The notes under the pieces are model-generated. The model did no database searches, was not told where the DNA came from, and saw nothing but the letters and a program-made list of their open reading frames with translations. A DNA stretch of 64,000 nucleotides from Bacteroidia bacterium (GTDB taxonomy: Bacteria > Bacteroidota > Bacteroidia > Bacteroidales > GCA-2748055): the NCBI GenBank assembly GCA_030639005.1, contig DAOWDN010000057.1, positions 847 to 64,846 of the forward strand, written 5' to 3'. Both the position numbers and the translations under genes were made by a program. Within the stretch, counting starts at the first letter, position 1. Every line of letters starts with the position of its first letter. Of this stretch, positions 26,233-36,901 are shown one piece after another.

Positions 26233-28518
26233 TCACAGGGAGGATGTTAAACAGGGAAATGCAACTTCAAAGGTGGATCCCTGGCCCGGCTCGCTGCGGA
26301 TGGACAGTTCTCCTTTGTGCACATTGGTGAATTCGCGGACCAGGGTCAGCCCCATACCAGCCCCTTTTTCATTGGCAGTGCCCCGTCTGGTAAACCCTCC
26401 GTTGAATTGAATCTGATGAACCTGTTCGGGGGTCATTCCGATACCCTGATCCGATACACTGAACCGGATTACTTCATTCTCTTCTTTCACCGATATGGTA
26501 ATGGTTCCGCCAGGATTGGAGAATTTGATGGCGTTGGAAATCAGGTTCCTGAAGATGGTCTCCATCATAATCCGGTCTGCTGTACAGATCACGGTTCCAT
26601 TGATCTCTTTCTTAATGACAAGCCCTTTATTTACCGCGGCTTCCCCAAAAAGCGAGAGGCAGTTGGTCACCAGGGTATTCAACCTGACCTCCTCAGGGTG
26701 AAAGTTTGAAACACCCTCTTCCAGGCGTGACCAGTGCAGCAGGTTTTCAAGCAGCTCCAGGGAGTAGGAAGCGGAGTTTTTCAGGTTGCCCAGCAGACGC
26801 TTCCGGTCAATCTCCACCTTGTCATCACCTTCGATCCGGTGTAACACTTCCACGGCCGTTAACTGGTTCCCAATGGTCCCCCTCAGGTCATGGGCAATGA
26901 TCGACATGATTCGGTCCTGGGTCTTGTTTACCTGGTCAAGCTTCAGGTTTTGCCTGGTGATTACCAGGTTCTTCTCCTCCAGTTTCAGTGATGTTTTTCT
27001 GTGTCTTCTCATGAAGTAAAGCACCAGGATAAGGCCCACTGCCAATATTGCTGCAATCACCAGGCTGAAGCGGAAAATCACAGATCTCTTGCGCATTACC
27101 AGCCGGTCGAGGTTGGCCTGGATCCGAAGGTTTTCATTCTCCTGCTGCAATGCCCTGGAATGGTTGCGGAACTCCATCTCCATGGCCAGTTTGGAGGTGG
27201 CATCGTCCAGCAGGCTGTCCTTGTACAGGTGATATTGTGAATTGTAATGGTGGGCCGACCTGTAGTCTCCAAGTTTAACAGCTATCTTCCCTTTTATCCG
27301 GTAAGCTGAAGCAATGTACTCCTTGGCCCTGATCTTCCTGGCAATATCCAGCGCCATATCTGTTGTTCGCCCGGCTTCCTGGTAACGCCCCTGATCGAAT
27401 TGGATCGATCCCAGCCCCAGGTAGCATCTGATGATTCCGTCCGGTTCGTCAAGTCGTTCCTTTTGAAGGATGGCGGTATTAAACAGTTCGGTGGCTTCTT
27501 CATACTCTTCCATCATATAGTATATGTCGGCCAGGTGTATGTTGCAATTTGAGATGGTCCTTTCATCTCCCAGCTTAATTTTAATCTCCATCCCCCTCTC
27601 CACATAATCGATCCCTTTTTCGGGCTCTCCCATATCCGCGTAGTTGGTTCCTATATTGATCAGGCAGTTTGATACCTGTATGGGATCGTTGAGAGACTGG
27701 CAGACCTTTAAAGATCTCTGGTAGAGATTCAGGGCCTCATCATAATTATGAATTTTATTATGCACCACCCCGGCATTGGAAAGACAGAGTGAGATGTTAA
27801 GCTGGTTATTCTTTCTTTCTGAAATGGAGAGCGCCATGCCGTAATACTCAAGTGCCCTGTCGTAGGTGCCCAGGTACACAAAAACATTGCCCATATTAAC
27901 ATAGGCCTGGGCAATGTCGTTGGCATCGGCCACACTATCAAGATATAAAACAGATTCCTGGTAAACAGAAAGGGCTTCCACATAGCGTCCCCTGTTCTTA
28001 TGGATAATTCCTATGTTGTTCAGACATCGGCTGATTCCGATGACCATGTTGTTTCTTTTGTAAAAGTCGAGGGCTGTCTGGTAGTGGTTCATGGCCTGGT
28101 CAAAGTCGGCCTGGTACAGGTAGACATTTCCCTTCTCCTTAATACTTTCAAAGAAACTTACATGGTCGTCCGCCTCATTGAAACAGGCCAGGGCCCGGTC
28201 GTAATGAAGGATCGCCTTTTCATAGGAACCGGTATGAGTAAGCACCTTCCCAAAGATCTTGTGATACCGGCCCAGTGCCCTTTTATCGTCCTGGAGTTCG
28301 GCAATCTGCTTTCCTTGCTCCAGGTAGGAGAAGGCAAGGAGTGTGTCGGAGGCCCCCACCTCCTCTGCTATTTCAAACAGCAGTCGCGAACGGGTTGAAT
28401 CAAGAATATCGGTATTGAGTTGTGCCTTCAGGCTGTCATACTTCTGTTGATCCAGCGCCGGAGTGGAAGTGGAAAAAAGAACCAGGAAGAGTATGCAGAG
28501 AGTTAGGTTCAGAGACAT
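26233..28518 (-). CDS. TPR-repeat sensor histidine kinase
   Basis: Signal peptide, about 9 TPR-like repeats and one TM (VIAAILAVGLILVLYF). The H-box is IIAHDLRGT and the ATPase motifs are DQGIGM and GAGMGLTLV. Confidence 0.88.
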   Translation of the reverse strand: MSLNLTLCILFLVLFSTSTPALDQQKYDSLKAQLNTDILDSTRSRLLFEIAEEVGASDTLLAFSYLEQGKQIAELQDDKRALGRYHKIFGKVLTHTGSYEKAILHYDRALACFNEADDHVSFFESIKEKGNVYLYQADFDQAMNHYQTALDFYKRNNMVIGISRCLNNIGIIHKNRGRYVEALSVYQESVLYLDSVADANDIAQAYVNMGNVFVYLGTYDRALEYYGMALSISERKNNQLNISLCLSNAGVVHNKIHNYDEALNLYQRSLKVCQSLNDPIQVSNCLINIGTNYADMGEPEKGIDYVERGMEIKIKLGDERTISNCNIHLADIYYMMEEYEEATELFNTAILQKERLDEPDGIIRCYLGLGSIQFDQGRYQEAGRTTDMALDIARKIRAKEYIASAYRIKGKIAVKLGDYRSAHHYNSQYHLYKDSLLDDATSKLAMEMEFRNHSRALQQENENLRIQANLDRLVMRKRSVIFRFSLVIAAILAVGLILVLYFMRRHRKTSLKLEEKNLVITRQNLKLDQVNKTQDRIMSIIAHDLRGTIGNQLTAVEVLHRIEGDDKVEIDRKRLLGNLKNSASYSLELLENLLHWSRLEEGVSNFHPEEVRLNTLVTNCLSLFGEAAVNKGLVIKKEINGTVICTADRIMMETIFRNLISNAIKFSNPGGTITISVKEENEVIRFSVSDQGIGMTPEQVHQIQFNGGFTRRGTANEKGAGMGLTLVREFTNVHKGELSIRSEPGQGSTFEVAFPCLTSSL

Positions 28519-28605
28519 ACAGGGCCGGTTTGTTGGGATAAATTTAAGAATTTTTATTCCGTTTAAAATTTTCAGGCATATTTGTATCTATAAACATCCT
28601 TATTT

Positions 28606-30207
28606 ATGGCGAAAAAAAATGCAATTCCCCACACCTATGTGATTGTATTCTCCTTTATTGCTGCTGCAGCACTGCTCACCTGGATCCTGCCGGGAGGAGA
28701 GTTCGACAGGGAAACCGTAGATGTGAACGGCACACTCAGGGAGGTGATCGTGGAGGGATCCTTTCACGATGCAGATAAACATCCACAGACATGGCAGATA
28801 TTCAGTGCCCTGTTTGACGGCTTTGCCGGGAAAGCAGACATCATTGTATTTATCCTGATCATCGGGGGAGCTTTCTGGATCATGAACGACAGCAAAGCCA
28901 TTGATGTGGGGATTCAGTCGTTTCTCACCAGGGTCAGAAAGCTTGAAAGGTTCAGCTTGTTCCGGCACATGGGAGTGGATAACATGATAATTACCATGAT
29001 TATGCTGATATTCAGTGTGTTTGGTGCAACATTTGGAATGAGTGAAGAGACCATAGCCTTTATCATCATCTTTGTTCCTCTCTCCATATCTATGGGCTAT
29101 GATTCCATCACAGGCCTCAGTATGTGTTTTGTGGGAGCAGCGCTTGGATTTGCCGGGGCACTTCTCAATCCATTTACCATTGGAATCGCACAGGGACTTT
29201 CCAGCCTTCCCCTCTTTTCTGGAATAGAATACCGCCTGTTTGTCTGGTTGGTGATCAATGTGGTTGGAATCGGCTGGGTGCTGAGGTATGTTGCCAGGAT
29301 CCGGAAGAATCCCAAAGCCTCCCCGGTGCATGATTCAGACAGTTACTGGAGGAGCAGGGAGAGTGTGGACCTGGAGAAGTTGGAGTACCATACACCTGTT
29401 ATTGCCTGGGTGACCTTTTTTATATTGCTGACGGGAATGACAGTTTTTGCAGTCCTGGAACCTTTCTCCACCCTTCGGATCGGGAACAGCGAATACAGCT
29501 TCTGTTTTCTGCCGGTGATCAGCGGACTGTTTGCTGTGACAGGATTTCTTTCACTTCGAAAATCGGTTCATTTCTTCATACTGAACATGCTGGTCTTTAC
29601 CATTATCTACCTGATTGTAGGAGTGATGGGTTACGGCTGGTTCGTGAAGGAGATTGCCACGCTCTTTTTTGTGATGGGTATCTTTTCAGGCATGGCAATG
29701 AACCGTAGTGCCAATGAGATCACCAAGCTCTTTATCGAAGGGATGCGGGATATACTCTCAGCTGCCGTGGTGGTGGGCCTGGCCGGGGGTATCCTGGTGA
29801 TTCTGGAGGATGGAAGAGTCATCGACTCACTGCTTTTCAGCATTGCCCAATCGATGCAGGAGTTTGGAAAACTTGCCTCGGTAAGCATGATGTATCTGAT
29901 TCAGACCCTGATCAATATTGTGATTCCGAGCGGTTCGGCCAAGGCGGCCCTCACCATGCCCATTATGTCGCAGTTTTCCGATCTGATTGGTGTATCGCGG
30001 CAGGCCACGGTCATGGCATTCCAGCTTGGGGATGGATTTACCAACATGATCACACCCACATCTCCTGTCCTGATCGGGGTGCTGGGAGTGGCAAAAATAC
30101 CTTACGAAAAGTGGCTCAAATGGGTATTGCCCTTTATGGCAATCCTGATATTCCTGGGATGGCTGCTGCTGATCCCAACTGTCACCATGAGCCTGAATGG
30201 TTTCTGA
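28606..30207 (+). CDS. YfcC family membrane transporter (C4-dicarboxylate anaerobic carrier superfamily)
   Basis: 533 aa and polytopic. The N-terminus PHTYVIVFSFIAAAALLTWILPGGEFDRE resembles YfcC proteins. Confidence 0.75.
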   Translation: MAKKNAIPHTYVIVFSFIAAAALLTWILPGGEFDRETVDVNGTLREVIVEGSFHDADKHPQTWQIFSALFDGFAGKADIIVFILIIGGAFWIMNDSKAIDVGIQSFLTRVRKLERFSLFRHMGVDNMIITMIMLIFSVFGATFGMSEETIAFIIIFVPLSISMGYDSITGLSMCFVGAALGFAGALLNPFTIGIAQGLSSLPLFSGIEYRLFVWLVINVVGIGWVLRYVARIRKNPKASPVHDSDSYWRSRESVDLEKLEYHTPVIAWVTFFILLTGMTVFAVLEPFSTLRIGNSEYSFCFLPVISGLFAVTGFLSLRKSVHFFILNMLVFTIIYLIVGVMGYGWFVKEIATLFFVMGIFSGMAMNRSANEITKLFIEGMRDILSAAVVVGLAGGILVILEDGRVIDSLLFSIAQSMQEFGKLASVSMMYLIQTLINIVIPSGSAKAALTMPIMSQFSDLIGVSRQATVMAFQLGDGFTNMITPTSPVLIGVLGVAKIPYEKWLKWVLPFMAILIFLGWLLLIPTVTMSLNGF

Positions 30208-30208
30208 C

Positions 30209-31339
30209 CTATCTGAAGCTTATGCCCAATCCTACAGAATGGGTTGAGTAGAGGGTGTGTGTAAAGTCGTAATGGAGGGTAAGAACTCCCAGTTTGATTC
30301 TGGCGCCCACATTGATTCTCAGGTTATTGAAGTTCTTATAATTCATATTGATGGGATTCTCCATGATCTCGTAGGTGGTTAAGCCAAAATCGGCACTGGT
30401 TTCATCCAGGATCACAGTATGGATGGGGTAATGTCCCTCCAGCAACAACTCCACCATGGAGCTGGCATACCCGATCCCCTGGTAAAAGGTGATTACAGGG
30501 AGGGTTTGAGAGGCGATGAGATTCAGGGTCCATCCTTCTACTTTCTGGGTTACAAACTGGTCATCCCAGTTGTAACCAGGATGGTTGTCGACCTCCACAA
30601 GAGACTGTGGTTCAACAAGCACATGCACCATGGAGGAGACCTTGGTATAACCACCCTGTACACTGATATCGAGAATCTTCACATTTTTAAGAAACGGGAG
30701 CCACTGCGATACCGAATGCTTTCCACCCACTCCCCAGAGCCCGATTTCCCCGTAATCCTTGTATCCCACAGAGGGTATGAAACGGGCCGACACATCGGTA
30801 CCGAAAGGCAGACCCACCGTAAGTTGTGCCATGGGGAGGGGAAAGAAGTCCACCCCGGTTCCATTGGGAGCCGTGAAATTGGAGTACTCCACCTCCTGCA
30901 AATTGCCCCCGCCCAGATCCACCGTTTCGGTGTAAGAGACTTCGGGCCGGGCCTCCTGGTCGCCCGCAATGGTGGGCGCCACACTTGTAATACCCTGGTC
31001 CACTGTCCCGTAGAGTCCCAGGTTGGCCATATCGTAGGAGAGGGCCGTAGATGGTGCTTTGGCCCAGCTTACCGTGGCAGTTACATCCAGTCCGCCCAGC
31101 TGATGCGGCCTGGCCGTATTGTACCACCCTGCATTCAGGTCTGATCCAAGGATGTTGGCATAGGGTTTCAGGTACTCCTGCAAAATTATCTCAGCATCCT
31201 CTATTCCTCCATAGATAAAATCCATGGAAAGGGTTTGTGAAAACGCAGGAACAGTGATGCCCGTTACTGCAATCAAAAGAATTATCCGGGCCCTCTTTGC
31301 AATTCGTCTCATTTTAATGTGCTTTACTTTCAACTCCAA
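30209..31339 (-). CDS. Hypothetical secreted / outer-membrane-like protein
   Basis: Signal peptide (RIILLIAVTGITVPAFSQ), alternating beta-strand-like composition and an aromatic C-terminus (GLGISFR). The start may be Met10 (31312). Confidence 0.7.
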   Translation of the reverse strand: MELKVKHIKMRRIAKRARIILLIAVTGITVPAFSQTLSMDFIYGGIEDAEIILQEYLKPYANILGSDLNAGWYNTARPHQLGGLDVTATVSWAKAPSTALSYDMANLGLYGTVDQGITSVAPTIAGDQEARPEVSYTETVDLGGGNLQEVEYSNFTAPNGTGVDFFPLPMAQLTVGLPFGTDVSARFIPSVGYKDYGEIGLWGVGGKHSVSQWLPFLKNVKILDISVQGGYTKVSSMVHVLVEPQSLVEVDNHPGYNWDDQFVTQKVEGWTLNLIASQTLPVITFYQGIGYASSMVELLLEGHYPIHTVILDETSADFGLTTYEIMENPINMNYKNFNNLRINVGARIKLGVLTLHYDFTHTLYSTHSVGLGISFR

Positions 31340-31365
31340 AATTAAAAAAAACTAAATTTGCCACT

Positions 31366-32691
31366 ATGTCATCCGCCATCCAGTTTCCCAACCAGCCTCT
31401 TGCCGACCGCATGCGTCCGGTCACCCTGGATGACTATATCGGGCAGGAGCACCTGGTGGGCCCCAATGCGGTTATACGCAAAATGGTGCAATCGGGTTCC
31501 CTTAGTTCATTTATTTTATGGGGACCACCTGGTGTGGGCAAGACCACACTGGCCACCATTATCTCCAAACAGCTGGATCGTCCCTTCTACGGCCTGAGCG
31601 CTGTGCAGTCGGGAGTGAAGGATGTGCGAGAGACCATCGATAAGGCAAAAAAGAACCAATTTTTTAACAAACCCAATCCCGTTCTTTTTATTGATGAGAT
31701 ACACCGTTTTTCCAAATCGCAGCAAGATTCCCTGCTGGGGGCAGTGGAACAGGGCATAGTGACGCTGATCGGGGCTACCACCGAAAACCCATCCTTTGAG
31801 GTGATCTCTCCCCTCCTCTCACGCTGCCAGGTCTACATACTGAATTCCCTTTCCCAGGAGAACCTGGTGGGTCTGCTCGATCGGGCGCTTAGAAGCGATC
31901 CCTACCTGAAGAAACTTAAGATCGAAATCAGTGAGAACAAAGCCATGTTGCAGTATTCCGGGGGCGATGCCCGCAAACTGCTTAACACCCTGGAGGTGGT
32001 GGTTAAGTCTGAAACCTCCGATACCGGCTTCAGTGAAGAGAGTGTCATCGAGATCACCGACGAGATGGTTAAGGACAGGTTGCAGGAAAACATGGTCCTC
32101 TATGATAAGAACGGGGAGATGCATTACGACATTATCTCTGCATTCATCAAGTCGGTCAGGGGAAGTGATCCGGATGCAGCTGTCTACTGGCTCGCCAGGA
32201 TGCTTGAGGGTGGTGAGGATATCAAATTTATTGCAAGGAGGCTGGTGATCCTGGCTTCGGAAGACATCGGACTGGCCAATCCAAACGCCCTGCTAATGGC
32301 CACTAACTGCTTCCAGGCGGTGCATATGATCGGGATGCCGGAAGCGAGGATTATACTTTCTGAAACAGCTATCTACCTGGCGGCCTCACCAAAGAGCAAC
32401 TCAGCCTATGCAGCCATCGACAGGGCCATTGGCACAGTGCGTAAAACCGGGAATCTGCCCGTACCGCTTCATTTGAGAAATGCTCCCACCTCGCTGATGA
32501 AGGAGCTGGGTTATGGCGAGAAATACCAGTACGCACACAGCTACGATGAGAATTTTGTGCAGGAAAACTATCTTCCTGAAGAGCTGGAAGTTCCACGGTT
32601 TTATGACCCCGGCGAGAATCCCAGGGAGGAGGAGATGCGCAAGAGACTGGATCATTTATGGAAAGAGATGAAGCAATATGGAAAGAAGTAA
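31366..32691 (+). CDS. rarA: Replication-associated recombination protein A (AAA+ ATPase)
   Basis: Walker A motif GPPGVGKTTLA, Walker B motif LFIDEIHRF, and the MgsA C-terminal region (HYDIISAFIKSVRGSDPDAAVYWLARML). Confidence 0.92.
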   Translation: MSSAIQFPNQPLADRMRPVTLDDYIGQEHLVGPNAVIRKMVQSGSLSSFILWGPPGVGKTTLATIISKQLDRPFYGLSAVQSGVKDVRETIDKAKKNQFFNKPNPVLFIDEIHRFSKSQQDSLLGAVEQGIVTLIGATTENPSFEVISPLLSRCQVYILNSLSQENLVGLLDRALRSDPYLKKLKIEISENKAMLQYSGGDARKLLNTLEVVVKSETSDTGFSEESVIEITDEMVKDRLQENMVLYDKNGEMHYDIISAFIKSVRGSDPDAAVYWLARMLEGGEDIKFIARRLVILASEDIGLANPNALLMATNCFQAVHMIGMPEARIILSETAIYLAASPKSNSAYAAIDRAIGTVRKTGNLPVPLHLRNAPTSLMKELGYGEKYQYAHSYDENFVQENYLPEELEVPRFYDPGENPREEEMRKRLDHLWKEMKQYGKK

Positions 32692-33514
32692 CAGTTTAAT
32701 CAGTGTACTCCCCTCCATAAAATATGGGGATGGAGACGGTTTTCTCCTGGTGGCCGGACCCTGCGTGGTGGAAGGAAGGGAGATGGTCATGGAAATTGCT
32801 GAACAGATCAACCGACTCAGTGAGAAATACAAGATTCCCTTTATATTCAAGGCGTCCTACAGGAAAGCCAACCGTTCCCGCCTCGACTCCTTTACCGGGA
32901 TCGGTGATGAGAAAGCACTGCTTATCCTTCAGGAAGTTGGCTTACAGTTTTCAGTACCTGTAATTACAGATGTGCACTCCCCCCAGGAGGCTGCTTTGGC
33001 AGCCGGGTATGTGGATGTACTTCAGATCCCCGCATTCCTCTGCAGGCAGACTGACCTGCTGGTGGCTTGTGCCAATACCGGCAGAACGGTTTCCATCAAA
33101 AAGGGGCAGTTCCTCTCCCCGGCATCCATGAAATTCGCCCTTGATAAAGTGACTGAGTCGGGAAACAGGAAGGTGATGATCACCGAACGGGGTACCACCT
33201 TTGGGTACCACGACCTGGTGGTGGATTACAGGGGCATTCCCGAAATGCAACAATTTGGTTATCCGGTGATCCTGGACATCACCCATTCGCTTCAGAAGCC
33301 TAATCAGTCGGATGGTGTAACGGGGGGCGATCCGGCCATGATAGAAACCATCGCCCGGGCAGGGATTGCAGTGGGGGCTGACGGACTTTTTATAGAGACC
33401 CATCCCGATCCGGCAAACGCTAAATCGGACGGAGCCAATATGCTTCAGCTTCAAGAGCTGGACGGATTATTGAGAAAGCTTACCCTGCTTAGAGAAGTCG
33501 TAATTAATATGTAA
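32678..33514 (+). CDS. kdsA: 3-deoxy-8-phosphooctulonate (KDO-8-P) synthase
   Basis: 278 aa with FIFKASYRKANRS, QIPAFLCRQTDLL and DITHSLQ. Confidence 0.92.
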   Translation: MERSNSLISVLPSIKYGDGDGFLLVAGPCVVEGREMVMEIAEQINRLSEKYKIPFIFKASYRKANRSRLDSFTGIGDEKALLILQEVGLQFSVPVITDVHSPQEAALAAGYVDVLQIPAFLCRQTDLLVACANTGRTVSIKKGQFLSPASMKFALDKVTESGNRKVMITERGTTFGYHDLVVDYRGIPEMQQFGYPVILDITHSLQKPNQSDGVTGGDPAMIETIARAGIAVGADGLFIETHPDPANAKSDGANMLQLQELDGLLRKLTLLREVVINM

Positions 33515-33541
33515 TTTTGATAGAAACTTAAACTTAATACC

Positions 33542-34261
33542 ATGCGTAAACTGTTTATTTTCATCTCAATCACAGCCTTTGCACTCTCCTCAGTGCAGGC
33601 GCAGAACCTCGATCAAATTCTGAAAGACCACTATAAAGCATCCGGTCAGGAGAAGATGAGCAAAGTGAAAACCATTATCACCAAAGGTATAAGCACTTAT
33701 GCCATGGCAGGAATTGAAGCTCCTTTCTCCCTGTACCAGGCCAGGCCAAACATGGTCAGGATGCAGGCAGAGTTCCAGGGATCGAAGATAATTACCACCT
33801 TTAACGGTACTACCGGTTGGATGTATGCACCGGCTATGGGAATCAGCCAGCCCCAGGAGCTGGGTGGAGAAGAGCTAAAATCGGTATTGGACCAGGCTAA
33901 TTTTGAGAGTCCGCTCTGGAACTACAAAGAGAAAGAAAATACCGTGGAGCTGGCAGGGTCAAGCGATGACGGATCGGCACACAAGGTTAAATTAACCAAA
34001 AAGGATGGTGAATCGATGACCATTCTTATCAACAAGAAGTCACATCTGATGACCGGAATGACATCGGTGCAGGTGATGGGTGGTGCCGAAGCTGAAGTAG
34101 AGATGACAATGAAGGATTACAAATCTGTCAAAGGAATCCAGACCCCATATTATATGGCGACCAAAATGGATGGTGAGATTATGTCCACAATAGTCATTGA
34201 ATCGGTCGAATACGACAAAGCAATCGATCCGGCCCTCTTTGAGAAGCCTGCTGTAGAATAG
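33542..34261 (+). CDS. Hypothetical secreted protein (possibly a LolA-like lipoprotein-sorting fold)
   Basis: Signal peptide MRKLFIFISITAFALSSVQAQ. 239 aa. The fold suggestion is a weak impression only. Confidence 0.65.
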   Translation: MRKLFIFISITAFALSSVQAQNLDQILKDHYKASGQEKMSKVKTIITKGISTYAMAGIEAPFSLYQARPNMVRMQAEFQGSKIITTFNGTTGWMYAPAMGISQPQELGGEELKSVLDQANFESPLWNYKEKENTVELAGSSDDGSAHKVKLTKKDGESMTILINKKSHLMTGMTSVQVMGGAEAEVEMTMKDYKSVKGIQTPYYMATKMDGEIMSTIVIESVEYDKAIDPALFEKPAVE

Positions 34262-34267
34262 AAAAAA

Positions 34268-34596
34268 TGCAGTAGTTGTTAAGCCAGGTTCTGTATCCTG
34301 AAAAACAGGATTCCTGTCATTTTTCTGAGCGGCCTACCCCCCGGCAGAAGCGGGTAACTTTTATTGTACCGGTATACATGGCCTTTCAGCCCGCAGGACA
34401 AACAGCTGTAGCGATCACCCGCCACACTGGTGGGCTCTTACCCCACCTTCTCACCCTTACCCCCGAAAGGAGGCGGTTGTTTTCTTCTTTGTACCCATGC
34501 CTTCACAGACATCTGTTTTTCAACAGTGCGGCACCCTTTGCTGCCCGGACTTTCCTCCACAGGCCAAAGCCTGCAGCGACAGAATCAACTACTGCA
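34268..34596 (-). ncRNA. rnpB: RNase P RNA, bacterial type A
   Basis: The minus strand reads ...GGAGGAAAGTCCGGGC... near the 5' end and ...ACAGAACCTGGCTTAACAACTACTGCA at the 3' end. P1 pairs TGCAGTAGTTG with CAACTACTGCA. The listed ORF 34276..34623 is an antisense artefact. Confidence 0.92.
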
Positions 34597-34651
34597 AAAT
34601 TTCATAGAACCATACAAAAATAGTTAATTTTGCGGACTCTCTGATTTCATC

Positions 34652-35869
34652 ATGAACGACGCGAACTCCATCGATCTCAAAAAATACAGGTATACCCTCC
34701 CTGAATCGTGCATTGCAAAATATCCGCTGTCCGACCGGTCGGACTCTAATTTGCTGGTATATAGTGGGGGCAGCATCGCTCATCTTAGGTTTTCTGACCT
34801 CTCCGGTTTACTGCCCACCGGTTCCTGGCTTGTTTTCAATAATACGCGGGTGATACAGGCCCGTCTCAGGTTCAGAAAAGCTACAGGTGCCAGGATCGAG
34901 ATCTTCTGCCTTGAGCCGGTCGATCCGCCCGATTATGAGCAGTCGTTTCAATCAGAAGCCAACGCCACCTGGCTCTGCCTGGTGGGGAATGCCAAAAAAT
35001 GGAAATCCGGTCCGGTCTCCCTGGAAATTGACATAAACGGGATAGCGGTAAAGCTGGAAGCTAAGCTGAAGCAGAGAAGCGGCGAAGGATTCGTGGTTAC
35101 CTTTCAATGGCAGCAGTCCGGGATCACATTCGGGGAGATCATCGAGCAATCGGGGAGCACCCCCATCCCACCCTATCTGAACAGGGAGGCGGAACAGAGC
35201 GACAAAGAGCGTTACCAGACCATCTACAGTCGGAACAACGGTTCTGTGGCGGCACCCACGGCCGGATTGCACTTTACCCGGGAGATGATGGATAAACTGG
35301 AGAAATCCGGAGTGGAGCTGGCCAACATCACTCTACACGTGGGAGCAGGTACTTTTGTTCCGGTTAAGGAGCAGAACGCAAGGGACCACTCCATGCATTC
35401 GGAACTGGTGGTGGTCAGAAGGAGCTTTCTGGAACAGTGGATAGAAAAAACTGAGGGGCTGATTGCTGTGGGGACCACCAGCACCCGTAGTCTTGAATCG
35501 CTCTACTGGCTGGGTGTGAAACTGATCACCGGATCAATTGATGATCCTTCTGAACTGGAAATGGACCAGTGGGATCATGAATCGCTACCGCAGGAGATCT
35601 CCCTTGCCGATAGCCTGGATGCACTCCTCGGGTTTTGTACAAGGCACCACCTGGACCAGTTCCATTTTGCCACCAGGCTGATGATAGTTCCGGGCTACCG
35701 GTTCAGGACCATCAGTGGACTGCTGACCAATTTTCATATGCCCGGGAGTACCTTATTGCTGCTGATTGCAGCGTGGATCGGTGAGGACTGGAAAAAAGTT
35801 TATGATTACGCCCTGAAAGAGAACTTCAGGTTCCTCAGTTACGGGGACAGTTCCCTGCTAATTCCTTAA
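34652..35869 (+). CDS. queA: S-adenosylmethionine:tRNA ribosyltransferase-isomerase
   Basis: The N-terminus is YTLPESCIAKYPLSDRSDSNLLV. Also has VAAPTAGLHFT and HVGAGTF. This is the long (405 aa) Bacteroidota-type QueA. Confidence 0.9.
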   Translation: MNDANSIDLKKYRYTLPESCIAKYPLSDRSDSNLLVYSGGSIAHLRFSDLSGLLPTGSWLVFNNTRVIQARLRFRKATGARIEIFCLEPVDPPDYEQSFQSEANATWLCLVGNAKKWKSGPVSLEIDINGIAVKLEAKLKQRSGEGFVVTFQWQQSGITFGEIIEQSGSTPIPPYLNREAEQSDKERYQTIYSRNNGSVAAPTAGLHFTREMMDKLEKSGVELANITLHVGAGTFVPVKEQNARDHSMHSELVVVRRSFLEQWIEKTEGLIAVGTTSTRSLESLYWLGVKLITGSIDDPSELEMDQWDHESLPQEISLADSLDALLGFCTRHHLDQFHFATRLMIVPGYRFRTISGLLTNFHMPGSTLLLLIAAWIGEDWKKVYDYALKENFRFLSYGDSSLLIP

Positions 35870-36898
35870 TTTCCGGAGCAGCGAAGCGAAAGCTTCAATG
35901 TCCTCCTCAGCCGTATCAAAAGAGCACATCCATCGTACTTCTGAGCTCTCTTCGTCCCATACGTAGAAAAAGAACTGTTCCTGCAGTTCCGGAATGATCT
36001 GCGGTGGGATGATGGCAAATACGGCATTGGATTCCACCCTTCTGGTGACTTTCACTCCAGGAATATCTTTGACCGCATCGTGCAGTTTTTTTGCCATGAA
36101 GTTCGCATGCTGTGCATTAGCTTTCCAGAGATCGTTCTCGAGGAAAGCACTGAACTGGGCTGCAATGTACCTCATTTTTGAAGCCAGCTGCATGCCCTGT
36201 TTCCTGCGGTATTTGAAATCGCTGCACAGATCCTTATTCAAGAAAACCACTGCCTCTCCATACATCATCCCGTTCTTGGTCCCCCCGAAAGAGAGTACAT
36301 CTACTCCAGCCCCGACGGTCATTTCATAGAAGCCGCAGCTGAGAGCGACAGCTGCATTGCTGATCCGGGCTCCGTCCATATGCAGAAGCATGCCATGGGC
36401 ATGGGTGTATTCAGCAATCTTCCTGATCTCGTCGATGCTGTAAACTGTTCCAAGTTCAGTGGCCTGGGTGATGGAGACCACCCTGGGCTGTACATGGTGC
36501 TCAAAACCGATCCCATGCATGTGCCCGGCTATCATGTCGACAGTCAGTTTTCCATCGGGTGTATCACAGGTGAGCAGTTTGCAACCGGAGAACTTCTCTG
36601 GTGCACCGCATTCATCCACATTGATATGAGCTGTTTCCGGACAGATTACAGCGTGGTAAGGCTGCGTTACGGATGAGAGTCCCAGCACATTGGCTGCCGT
36701 GCCAATAAATACAAAAAAGACTCCGGCCTCTTCCCCAAAGATCTTATGGATTGCGGCAACTGCCTTTTCGGTATAGGGATCATCGCCGTAAGCGATCACA
36801 TGTCCCCCGTTCACAGCTGCCATAGCCTTCAGGATGTCAGGATGTACTCCCGCATTGTTGTCACTGGCAAAGCCACGGGGATTCATAGGTGCGGTCAT
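35858..36898 (-). CDS. Low-specificity threonine aldolase (beta-eliminating lyase family, PLP)
   Basis: FASDNNAGVHPDIL at the N-terminus. FGGTKNG contains the PLP-lysine context. 346 aa. Confidence 0.85.
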   Translation of the reverse strand: MTAPMNPRGFASDNNAGVHPDILKAMAAVNGGHVIAYGDDPYTEKAVAAIHKIFGEEAGVFFVFIGTAANVLGLSSVTQPYHAVICPETAHINVDECGAPEKFSGCKLLTCDTPDGKLTVDMIAGHMHGIGFEHHVQPRVVSITQATELGTVYSIDEIRKIAEYTHAHGMLLHMDGARISNAAVALSCGFYEMTVGAGVDVLSFGGTKNGMMYGEAVVFLNKDLCSDFKYRRKQGMQLASKMRYIAAQFSAFLENDLWKANAQHANFMAKKLHDAVKDIPGVKVTRRVESNAVFAIIPPQIIPELQEQFFFYVWDEESSEVRWMCSFDTAEEDIEAFASLLRKLRN

Positions 36899-36901
36899 AT
36901 C

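Noticed and set aside
34276-34623. Listed 115-aa plus-strand ORF (and the 65-aa ORF at 34430..34627) in the kdsA-queA gap.
   Set aside because: The segment is RNase P RNA on the minus strand, with the GAGGAAAGTCCGG and ACAGAACCTGGCTTA boxes and P1 pairing. The ORFs are antisense artefacts.
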